Assembly (NCBI GenBank): GCA_965243395.1
Contig: CBDEUS010000002.1
Location: 378,022-442,021, forward strand
Length of the DNA stretch: 64,000 nucleotides
Reading direction: 5' to 3'
From: Gammaproteobacteria bacterium
GTDB taxonomy: Bacteria; Pseudomonadota; Gammaproteobacteria; UBA4575
The notes beneath the pieces are model-generated. The model ran no database searches. It had not been told where the DNA came from and worked only from the letters and a program-made list of their open reading frames with translations. Positions 6,668 through 17,093 of the stretch are shown piece after piece; position 1 is the first letter of the stretch, and each line of letters begins with the position of its first letter. The translations under genes were made by a program, and so were the position numbers.

Positions 6668-8617
6668 ATGCGATTAGGAGTTGGAACACTAATCTTTTTA
6701 CTTTCGAGCTTAATTACAAACTTTGCATATGCAGCTCCTGAAGTAAACGATTTAACCATCAATGTAGATGGTATCGATTATGCTATTGAACTTAAAAAAA
6801 GTTCTTTCGCAAAGCGTATACAGGTCAATCTAGATACTGAAAGTGACGAAAACCAACCGAGTATAGAACTCTACCAAGGCGATGTGCCAGAAGTACCTGA
6901 TAGTTGGGTAGCCGCTTCCTACTATGATGGTGAATGGCAAGGACTTGCATCCATTCACGATAAATTATACGAGCTAAAAGGTTTTGGAATGTCGGGAACA
7001 GCGCTTGCCGTTCTTGATGGTGATGAATCTGTTTCCATGCAAGCAGATGAACTTGATCTCTCTGGTGATTTTGATATTCATACAATGTGCGCGATGCCAC
7101 ATGCTTATAACGATGCGGCGGCTAGCACTTTAGCTTCTATTCTTCCTAACGCTAACGCGGTTAACAATAATGGCACAGGACAAGGTAATGTAGCTTTTGC
7201 CGTAGGCGCTATTACACAAGCCGTCAACGTAGTGTTAGCACTCGATCAATTTCACACGGCACAGTATGCAGATTCTGTACAACGCGCCATGCGTATTATC
7301 AATAATGTTGATGCTATTTATCGTAATAGCTTGGGTATCGCTATTAATAACACTGCGATACTAAGCTTTGATAACAACAATCCATTATTTGCTGGTATAA
7401 CCGACGCGGAAGTTATTTTAGACCAAGCTATTCTTAATCAAGGCAATGTATTTGGAAATAATCCACGCACACTAGGTGCACTGCTCACTGCGAGAGATAT
7501 ACAAGTACCTTTGATAGGTAACGGCGTTGCAGGCATTGCACCTTTAAATGCCACATGTACTATCATCAATGGATTCGATATTGCGGTGAGTGTAAATGAA
7601 GATCGTGCATCTGAAGGTGTAGCATCTGTCATATTGGCGCATGAAATGGGCCATAACTTTGGCGCCGAACATGATGGCCCTCCTAACAATGCGGCATGCC
7701 CCGTCAGCACTTTTATTATGTCGCCGGTGGTAGCAAATGGGCTAAATGCATTTTCACAATGTTCGAGAGATGAGATCAATGCACATATTGCAAATGGAAC
7801 TTGTTATAAAGAACCTATCGATATTGCTTTAGCTCGCTTTGGAGCACCACCACCTGATAACTTGGCTCAGTTACAAGAAATTACACGTCAAATATCCATA
7901 TCAAATAACGGTACTGTGGCTGTCGCCAATGTGCAAATTGATGGGGATATCGACAATGTAGCCCTTGCCAGATTTACCGAAGTTACCGTAAATGGTGCAG
8001 CGTGCACTTTGTTAGCTGCAGGCAAATCCTATCAATGCAACCTTGCTTCGATTGCTGCAGCCACGCAACAAATTATCAACGAAAAAGTTCAGGTAGTTGG
8101 GTTAGGCACATTTAATTTCAGTGCAAACTTTGATAGCTCGGATGTCACGCAACGCATCGATATCGTTACTAACAATCAATTTGTTACCGATAGTCGTACC
8201 GCGAACCAAGCAGCCGTAGCGCCTGTTGCACCTTCTGGTTTAAGTGCCAGCGCACAAAATACAGGTGACATTGCATTAACATGGGCTGACAATAGTAACA
8301 ACGAACTAAATTTCCAAGTACAACGTTCGACTGGGGGCGGCGCATTTGCAGTTATTGCAAATCTAGCCGCAAACGCAACATCCTATACTGACAGTAATAG
8401 CAACTTAACAGTGGGTACAGCTTACACCTATCAAGTAATTGCCACGAATGCGATAGGCAGTTCGCCTTCAAATCAATCCACTGCAACAGCATTAGAACCT
8501 ACTGTAGCGGCAAGCCCTGCACCTTCATCAGATGACAGTGGTGGTGGCGGCGGCGGTGCCATCTATTTATTTTCAGCAATTCTGTTACTTGCAAGATTAG
8601 TGCGACTCGCTCGTTAA
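6668..8617 (+). CDS. secreted zinc metalloprotease (metzincin, reprolysin/M12B-like) with FN3-like domain and GlyGly-CTERM-type sorting tail
   Basis: Signal peptide (FLLSSLITNFAYA/AP). Extended zinc motif HEMGHNFGAEHD (HExxHxxGxxHD) at nt 7640-7675. FN3-like segment (APSGLSASAQNTGDIALTWADNSNNELNFQVQRS...YTYQVIATN). C-terminus SSDDSGGGGGGAIYLFSAILLLARLVRLAR. Confidence 0.8.
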   Translation: MRLGVGTLIFLLSSLITNFAYAAPEVNDLTINVDGIDYAIELKKSSFAKRIQVNLDTESDENQPSIELYQGDVPEVPDSWVAASYYDGEWQGLASIHDKLYELKGFGMSGTALAVLDGDESVSMQADELDLSGDFDIHTMCAMPHAYNDAAASTLASILPNANAVNNNGTGQGNVAFAVGAITQAVNVVLALDQFHTAQYADSVQRAMRIINNVDAIYRNSLGIAINNTAILSFDNNNPLFAGITDAEVILDQAILNQGNVFGNNPRTLGALLTARDIQVPLIGNGVAGIAPLNATCTIINGFDIAVSVNEDRASEGVASVILAHEMGHNFGAEHDGPPNNAACPVSTFIMSPVVANGLNAFSQCSRDEINAHIANGTCYKEPIDIALARFGAPPPDNLAQLQEITRQISISNNGTVAVANVQIDGDIDNVALARFTEVTVNGAACTLLAAGKSYQCNLASIAAATQQIINEKVQVVGLGTFNFSANFDSSDVTQRIDIVTNNQFVTDSRTANQAAVAPVAPSGLSASAQNTGDIALTWADNSNNELNFQVQRSTGGGAFAVIANLAANATSYTDSNSNLTVGTAYTYQVIATNAIGSSPSNQSTATALEPTVAASPAPSSDDSGGGGGGAIYLFSAILLLARLVRLAR

Positions 8618-8732
8618 TTTACATTTGATGAAATTTTCAATATTGGAGAATTGATATTCGTTAAGACAAAATAAATTCATCACCTATTTATACCACGTAG
8701 TATTTGTAGAGATTTTTTTGAAAGGACTCAAT

Positions 8733-8960
8733 ATGAAATCGATCACTATACTTATCCTCTCACTCTTGGCTTGCATTTGTTTTGCCTCTGAAAGTGAAGA
8801 ACAAATAAAACCTATCCTAACTGAACCCGTAGAAATCGTTTTGGTTTGCCCTGAAGGCAGCAAACACGAAGGCGAAGAATTACCTGAATGGGTCACCACG
8901 CAAGAAGCCTCTGACTTCTACTGTAATGAAGCTGTAGAAGAAACAGAAATCGCTGAATGA
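8733..8960 (+). CDS. small secreted acidic Cys-containing protein (75 aa)
   Basis: ATG at 8733 is preceded by AAGGA. The track's TTG at 8718 is less likely. Signal peptide MKSITILILSLLACICFA/SE. The mature part is acidic. Confidence 0.45.
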   Translation: MKSITILILSLLACICFASESEEQIKPILTEPVEIVLVCPEGSKHEGEELPEWVTTQEASDFYCNEAVEETEIAE

Positions 8961-8963
8961 TTG

Positions 8964-9010
8964 AGTGAGTACAAGGATGTACGAATAAGAGCCGCGTCTT
9001 GGATGACGCG
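8964..9010 (+). repeat. 47-nt intergenic repeat, copy A (double-hairpin element at a gene 3' end)
   Basis: AGTGAGTACAAGGATGTACGAATAAGAGCCGCGTCTTGGATGACGCG matches the reverse complement of 50490-50536 at 44 of 47 positions (aligned by hand). Contains hairpins GTAC-AAGGAT-GTAC and CGCGTC-TTGGAT-GACGCG. Confidence 0.85.
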
Positions 9011-9110
9011 AATAGATTAGAGTTAATTTATCTAAAATTGTCCGCTATCAGACATAAGTGATCATATTAATGTAGAGGTTGCTTCTTCCAGGTATTTAAA
9101 CAGATTGCAT

Positions 9111-9524
9111 TTATAGTGTTTCACACTTGCCACGAACCATTACAACATCATCTTTTGATTTCTCACTTAAAAAAGCATTGACATAAGTATAGACAAATCT
9201 CTTTCTTGCGGGCTCATAATAAAAGCTCTCATTAAGTCGATCATAATGCCCGGAATAAACACCACGAAAATAACTTGGATATCCATACGGGGTCGGCTCT
9301 TCGTCAAACGGACCAAAGTCGAATCTATTTTTCCCATCCTGTACTGTAATATATAACATGTATTTTTCTACATGCGCTTGAGTAAGAGAGTCATCTTCAT
9401 CTTTATTCCATCCGGTAACCGCACTTGGTATACAAAGCCACTTACCCACAATGTTTGGATCTAGTTTTTCATCTGCTGCAATTGCATGACCTGCAAATAA
9501 ATAAAATATTAATACCCATCTCAT
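9111..9524 (-). CDS. secreted hypothetical protein
   Basis: The internal Met at 9524 gives a signal peptide MRWVLIFYLFAGHAIA/AD and removes the overlap with the upstream gene. I recognise no family. Confidence 0.5.
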   Translation of the reverse strand: MRWVLIFYLFAGHAIAADEKLDPNIVGKWLCIPSAVTGWNKDEDDSLTQAHVEKYMLYITVQDGKNRFDFGPFDEEPTPYGYPSYFRGVYSGHYDRLNESFYYEPARKRFVYTYVNAFLSEKSKDDVVMVRGKCETL

Positions 9525-9537
9525 ACTTTTCTCTATC

Positions 9538-10383
9538 TCATTGATCAAGGTAATCATGTAAGACTTTTCCTTCATTAATTCTCATATTTTCTACTCTATA
9601 AAACGGATTTGAAGTATTCACAACAGTAATGGCGCCTAATGGATTTTTATCAATTGAATACAAGCTTAACGTAGCATTTGCTAAATGCATTTCATGTATC
9701 ACAATTCCATTTTGAGGTGCAGATATTATTTGTTTGACTGCATAACCATCTTTTAAGTTAGGTTTAGGTATACGTTTCAGTGATAACATATTCCAGTTAG
9801 GAAGTTGGCCATTCTCCACTTTAGTTGTAATCTCAAATTTGACATCTACTAGCAATTCACCATCGATCTCAACAGTACCCATTAGAGAATTACCATCTCG
9901 TATAAATGTAATATCAGCTAGAAACTTTGGATATCCGTAAATTTCTCTTCCTCCAATGATGCCATCTATATGGTCAAGATATAGAACCGGAAAATAGCTA
10001 CCATGTTCGGTAATATTTCCATCTTTATAGGTAACGGGAATAAGTAAACCTGCTTCACGATAGTTAAGCTCTTGAGGATTCTTTAAATTAAATTCTCCAA
10101 TGTAGAAATAAATTGTGTTGCCACTATTTGGTATTAAAGGCTCTGGAACAAGATTTCGTAATGTTTTTGAATCTGATGTGATTGTAATTACTGCAACTTT
10201 ATTATTTTCATACATATATGGTTGTGTGATATGAGCAACATCATTAGAAGACAGATATGAGTTATCAAATTCATTAGCAAATAAATAAGTTGTAGCAAAA
10301 AACAAAATTAGAAATCTAATTAATAACACGATAACCCCTGAGCATTGAACGATTGTAAATTTCATGCTCAAAAAGATACTCAT
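9538..10383 (-). CDS. acetoacetate decarboxylase (ADC)-family protein with N-terminal signal/anchor
   Basis: The motif GGREIYGYPKF resembles the ADC-family catalytic-region motif (GRE.wG.PK). N-terminal hydrophobic helix (VIVLLIRFLILFFATTYLFA). The start could be the Met at 10365. Confidence 0.5.
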   Translation of the reverse strand: MSIFLSMKFTIVQCSGVIVLLIRFLILFFATTYLFANEFDNSYLSSNDVAHITQPYMYENNKVAVITITSDSKTLRNLVPEPLIPNSGNTIYFYIGEFNLKNPQELNYREAGLLIPVTYKDGNITEHGSYFPVLYLDHIDGIIGGREIYGYPKFLADITFIRDGNSLMGTVEIDGELLVDVKFEITTKVENGQLPNWNMLSLKRIPKPNLKDGYAVKQIISAPQNGIVIHEMHLANATLSLYSIDKNPLGAITVVNTSNPFYRVENMRINEGKVLHDYLDQ

Positions 10384-10555
10384 TCATCTAATTATTATCA
10401 GTAATAAAAACACACCTAATATTGTGATATTTGTCACTCATATGTTTAGTTGCGTAGTTTAGATAACGTCCGCATTTTGTTAGATACCAAACATAATAAG
10501 GAATTGCAGATTGTTAATTCATCCATATAACTATAAAACCTTAAAAGTAATAGTG

Positions 10556-10575
10556 TATAATGTTATGTTATAACG
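10556..10575 (+). promoter_or_regulatory. putative -10 element overlapped by a Zur-box-like inverted repeat
   Basis: TATAAT at 10556-10561. TGTTAT-GTT-ATAACG at 10561-10575 matches 12 of 15 positions of the enterobacterial Zur core TGTTATAATATAACA. Lies 55 nt upstream of the MerC-like start. Confidence 0.3.
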
Positions 10576-10630
10576 TAATATACTTCAGGCTATTATCTCT
10601 AGGCACTAATAAATCTTTTCTTCGGCAGAG

Positions 10631-11056
10631 ATGACAATGTTAAATTTACAAGCAATTTCAGATAAGACGGCTATTAGCTTATCTTTGCTTTGCACCATTC
10701 ACTGTTTGGCGTTACCCCTGTTAGCCGTTTCACTCCCGTCAATTGCAGCACTGCCATTAACTGATGAAATTTTTCATATATGGATGGTCATTGCAGTAGT
10801 ACCAATTTCTGCTTACGCCCTCACTATGGGCTGCAAGAATCACAAACGTTACCAAGTATTATTTATAGGCAGCATCGGCTTATTAATTTTGAGTATTGTT
10901 GCTTTTTTTGGTCATGATTTGTTTGGTGAAGTATTAGAAAAAGCCTTTACCGTCATTGGCGCAACGGTGATTGCTATCGCACATATATGGAACTATCGCC
11001 TATGCCGACATCAAAATCTGTGTGTATGCCCAGAACAAAGCAAAATGACTAATTAA
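10631..11056 (+). CDS. MerC-like membrane protein (metal-transport family)
   Basis: Four hydrophobic helices. The first carries the Cys-containing motif SLSLLCTIHCLALPLLA typical of MerC-domain proteins. C-terminal Cys cluster (CRHQNLCVCP). Confidence 0.5.
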   Translation: MTMLNLQAISDKTAISLSLLCTIHCLALPLLAVSLPSIAALPLTDEIFHIWMVIAVVPISAYALTMGCKNHKRYQVLFIGSIGLLILSIVAFFGHDLFGEVLEKAFTVIGATVIAIAHIWNYRLCRHQNLCVCPEQSKMTN

Positions 11057-11105
11057 CTTAGTCATTACTTATTCATCATAATTATTTTTAGATTTTATTA
11101 TTGCG

Positions 11106-11744
11106 CTATGCATCCGCTTTGGTTTTGTCAGAAGTCAAACGTAAATCTTGCCAGGCGATTTGAAATACTCGTGCTGCTGATCGTGAAAACATAATTAAAA
11201 GTCCAAATGCAATTATTAAATCTGGCCAGCCAGAATTAAATATCCACACCGCTAATGCAGCTAGAATAACTGCAAAGCCTTCTGCAACATCGTTGCGTGA
11301 GCACTCCCAAGCGGATGCCATGTTTACATCTTTATGCCGGTATGGCGTTAATAACAAGAGACAGCTTAGATTGGCAACTAAATTTACAAGTGCTGCAAGA
11401 CCCATCGTCTCGAAGATAGGAGTTTCAGGGTGTAACAACCGCAAGATAATCACATACGCAACCACCAAAGCCGAACTGAGAATTAACAACCCCTTAAACA
11501 TAGCAACCCGGGCTTTTACATATGGAGCTGCTCCTATCACCATCAAACTTATAACATAGGTTAATGCATCCCCCAAGTTGTCAAGCGCACCCGACAATAA
11601 AGATGCAGAGCCACTGATTTTGGCTGCAATAACCATCATAAGAAAAGTACAAGCATTAATAATAAGAACAACTATGAGAACAAGGCGTTGTTTCTGATTT
11701 AATGCAGAGCTATCAAAATTATTATGGCAACAAATATCTTTCAT
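11106..11744 (-). CDS. cation diffusion facilitator (CDF) family transporter, short form lacking the usual C-terminal cytoplasmic domain
   Basis: CDF membrane-domain motifs (SGSASLLSGALDNLGDALTY; NMASAWECSRNDVAEGFAVILAA). Only 212 aa. Confidence 0.65.
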   Translation of the reverse strand: MKDICCHNNFDSSALNQKQRLVLIVVLIINACTFLMMVIAAKISGSASLLSGALDNLGDALTYVISLMVIGAAPYVKARVAMFKGLLILSSALVVAYVIILRLLHPETPIFETMGLAALVNLVANLSCLLLLTPYRHKDVNMASAWECSRNDVAEGFAVILAALAVWIFNSGWPDLIIAFGLLIMFSRSAARVFQIAWQDLRLTSDKTKADA

Positions 11745-11794
11745 TTAATTTGAATATAGGTTTGCTCCTGCACTTCATCCATCCTTTGCAATCG

Positions 11795-12112
11795 CTAGCG
11801 GGTATTCATTTTTTTAAATTCTTTTTTTATTACTTTATTGTAATCATGCTCAATTTCGCAGACATGCCGGTTAAAAGAACCACCATGTATAGTAATGTAT
11901 TTTTGACCTTTATTAGATCTAGCTTCGGTTGTCCTTAAATTAAATTCTTTAGCTTTTGTAAAAACATCACTTATTGATGATCCAACATTGATTTTTTTAC
12001 ATACATGATCAATTGTTTCAGGCTGTAAAATCCACGAATCTACTAGAATACTCCCTACAAATATTGCGATGAACACCGTGACAACTTTCCATAATGTGCT
12101 GGGTTTTTTCAT
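11795..12112 (-). CDS. hypothetical membrane-anchored protein
   Basis: ORF with one N-terminal TM helix (VVTVFIAIFVGSILV). I recognise no family. Confidence 0.4.
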   Translation of the reverse strand: MKKPSTLWKVVTVFIAIFVGSILVDSWILQPETIDHVCKKINVGSSISDVFTKAKEFNLRTTEARSNKGQKYITIHGGSFNRHVCEIEHDYNKVIKKEFKKMNTR

Positions 12113-12262
12113 TTAAATTAATTTCATCAGCTTGCATTTCATGTGTATGTTTGTAGAGCACTCGCCTTTAATCAGTGAGTTAATTTAACTTCTGCAGACA
12201 ACAATAATTAATTATAGAATATTCAGTATATAAAGATAATAAATGTAGGGTTAGGAGGAACT

Positions 12263-12586
12263 ATGTTGCGAATTATTTATGTCTCTATTCTTTCAGTAAT
12301 TTTATGTGGTTGCGCTTCAAGAGCTAACCTAGAATGGAATTTAAATAGCTGGGTTGGTCAAGATGTTGATGGGTTAGTTCAACACTGGGGTAAACCATCA
12401 GATATTGGTGCACTTGCTAATGGCAATGTGTCATATTCATGGATGTTTGATGAAGGTTTAACAAATGCTCCTATTAACGGTGTTGTCTCGGGGTATGCGA
12501 AATTTTGCAAAATCACATTAGCAGTTTCTAGCAACGATCGCCTAGTGCAATCGTGGCAATTAGAAGGTAATAATTGTAAAGCGTAA
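12263..12586 (+). CDS. putative lipoprotein
   Basis: Strong RBS (TTAGGAGGAACT) before the ATG. Signal peptide with lipobox ILCG|C. Confidence 0.6.
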   Translation: MLRIIYVSILSVILCGCASRANLEWNLNSWVGQDVDGLVQHWGKPSDIGALANGNVSYSWMFDEGLTNAPINGVVSGYAKFCKITLAVSSNDRLVQSWQLEGNNCKA

Positions 12587-12629
12587 TGTCTTAGATTGTT
12601 CTTAATTGCTCGCCCTAGGATTTTTTAAT

Positions 12630-13034
12630 TCAAATTTGCGATCGTAGTTCAACAGTGTTTCCTTCGGGATCCTTAATATAAATAGAACGTCCGGTTCCCT
12701 GTGCACCGTAACGGTCCGCGAATTCACCGACTTTAATGTTATGTGTTTCTAAGTGGTTTCTTATTTCTTCTTCGCTGATTTTTTCCAGCTGTAAACAAAA
12801 GTGGTCCATATTATTATCGCATTTACTCGGCGGCCCACCACCCATTTTGCCGATTTTGCTATCAACATTAACTAGATCAATTAATGCATTTCCTGCACGT
12901 AATTGTGTGATGCCAAACTCCGCCGAGGTTTCTCTTTCGACTTTACAATTTAATACTCCACAATAGAACTCTAGCATTTCACTTACTTTTGATGTTCTTA
13001 AAACAACATGATCTATTCCAGCTACCTCAATCAT
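12630..13034 (-). CDS. VOC/glyoxalase-bleomycin resistance-dioxygenase superfamily protein
   Basis: GIDHVVLRTSKVSEMLEFYCGVLN at the N-terminus and a DPEGNTVEL-type C-terminus are typical of the glyoxalase/VOC fold. Confidence 0.7.
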   Translation of the reverse strand: MIEVAGIDHVVLRTSKVSEMLEFYCGVLNCKVERETSAEFGITQLRAGNALIDLVNVDSKIGKMGGGPPSKCDNNMDHFCLQLEKISEEEIRNHLETHNIKVGEFADRYGAQGTGRSIYIKDPEGNTVELRSQI

Positions 13035-13062
13035 TATTAATCCTACTTAATACTTATTTATT

Positions 13063-13398
13063 TTATGCATGAACACCAAGAAGAACTTTTTTTGCATTTC
13101 CCTTCGCTTTATATATTGCATAAAGTATATATGGAAACCCAAACATACCGCCCATAAAAATACTTAAGAACCCAAAAACGATACCTTTATTCGAGAACCC
13201 CTCACGCCAGGAAATCCATGTCGCTAGTAAAACAAGGTGAATTAAAAAATCAATATTAAACTGCGAACGCCAATCGAAACACAAAATATCGCCAAAAAAT
13301 ACTGCAGGCCAGTTTAGGCCATTGTTATAAAGTGCAAAAACAGTAGCCATGTAGATCGCTAATGTTGCAACGACTAAGAACAACTTTATTTCTCTCAA
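13063..13398 (-). CDS. small integral membrane protein (about 4 TM)
   Basis: Hydrophobic 111-aa ORF. Family not assigned. Confidence 0.45.
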   Translation of the reverse strand: MREIKLFLVVATLAIYMATVFALYNNGLNWPAVFFGDILCFDWRSQFNIDFLIHLVLLATWISWREGFSNKGIVFGFLSIFMGGMFGFPYILYAIYKAKGNAKKVLLGVHA

Positions 13399-13703
13399 TT
13401 TGCACCTCCTAAATTTATATTAGAAACCAGTATATTTGTTATTTATAAATTCACTTTATTAATTAAATTAAATTTTTCGAGATTAAGCCTACCAAATTAG
13501 TCCTTTTTCCTTATTATAATCTTAGACTTGAACCAGCCACGTTAATAACGATAAATTTGGGAAAGCTTATGTATGAACTTATTTATTTAGTATTCCTCGC
13601 AATCGCAGTTTTGATCATCTGGAGCAATCTTGGTAAGTCGGATTGAGTTTATTCATTCAACCTCATAAATAAATCACTGTGCTAAGAATTTCTGTGGCAC
13701 ATT

Positions 13704-13748
13704 AAAAAAGGCGGCGATTCAATTCACATTGAATGCACCGCCTTATTT
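13704..13748 (-). terminator. rho-independent terminator of katG
   Basis: On the minus strand: AAGGCGGTGCATTCAA-TGTG-AATTGAATCGCCGCCTT followed by TTTTTT, about 10 nt after the katG stop. Confidence 0.75.
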
Positions 13749-13758
13749 TCAGTTACGC

Positions 13759-15975
<2,217 letters not shown>

Positions 15976-16685
15976 TTAAAATTTCATTGGATGTAATAAT
16001 ACGTACCCCTCTATCATTTATAAATTATATTATTTATATTGTAATAATCGAATATTTCAATCATATAGACTACTGAACAGTTTGCACTTTATTATGCACA
16101 CACTACGCACTATAGGTGTTTCAATTCGGCTACACCTAAGCGTTAAGAAATGACTTTAGAAAGCTAATAAAATACTAGCTAGAGTAAGTTTGAATTTAAT
16201 TGCAGGAAGTGCGGTTAATTTAAGTTAGGAAGCAAGGGAATAGCGTTCAGACTTAGAGAAAGTGGGAGTTGTTGGAGAGAGAGGTTCACTATCTGGCAAT
16301 TCCGCTGTCCTAGAATCCTTGCTTCCTTAGACCGGTAATTTTGCGCCCCTAGCTTTCACTAGGTTTGCCCTTTTCAGTAGTAAAATTACTCCTCAGTAAT
16401 CAACTAACAAATACAGTGTAGTAACTATCTCAGTAAAATTAGTTGAGCCTTCTCACAGTTTTTCTCAACTACCGCTCATCTCAACGGTTAAAAATTCATT
16501 TTTAATCAGAGCCTTATATGCATTCACGAATGAGTGGTGCAATATGCCCGATGAAAATAAATTGTATAACTGTAGTTTTTAACCATCTGAAAATTAGATT
16601 GCTATCATGAAAACAATCAAATTTACTTGTGGATATCAAAGCTGCAAAATTTGTGAATAATTTAATTTACATTGTGGCGGGAACA

Positions 16686-17093
16686 ATGAAAAAAATACTT
16701 TACAACTCTATAGGTGGAATCTCGCTTAGTTTAGGTATTGTAGGTGCTTTTTTACCATTGTTACCTTCTACTTGTTTTGTTTTATTAGCCGCGTGGGCAT
16801 TTGCTAAATCTTCGCCCGCATTTCATGCTTGGCTAATGTATAAGTCGCCCTTTGCACAGTCAATTCAAGATTGGCAACAACATCGGCTTATCCCTATAAG
16901 AGTGAAATGGATAGTAACAATTTCAATTGTTGCCTCTTATTCCATTACCCTTGTATTAATTGAAAATGTATATGTGTTAGCAGCACTGGGTGCAGGTTTG
17001 CTTGCTTTATTGGGATACTTACTTTCTAAGCCTGCAAGTATTGAGTCAACTACTTACCAGCACACTCCAGAATTACATCGGCCAGTAATTTAA
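16686..17093 (+). CDS. YbaN/DUF454-family inner membrane protein
   Basis: GIVGAFLPLLPSTCFVLLAAWAFAKSSPAFHAWL is the DUF454 signature region. I prefer the ATG at 16686 over the GTG at 16629. Confidence 0.7.
   Translation: MKKILYNSIGGISLSLGIVGAFLPLLPSTCFVLLAAWAFAKSSPAFHAWLMYKSPFAQSIQDWQQHRLIPIRVKWIVTISIVASYSITLVLIENVYVLAALGAGLLALLGYLLSKPASIESTTYQHTPELHRPVI

Noticed and set aside
16190-16380. Possible identity as SRP (4.5S) RNA, 6S RNA, tmRNA or RNase P RNA.
   Set aside because: I could not find the SRP GGAA-GCAGCC tetraloop region, a tmRNA tag ORF or tRNA-like end, or the RNase P GAGGAAAGTCCGGGC motif on either strand. It is kept only as an unclassified structured candidate.
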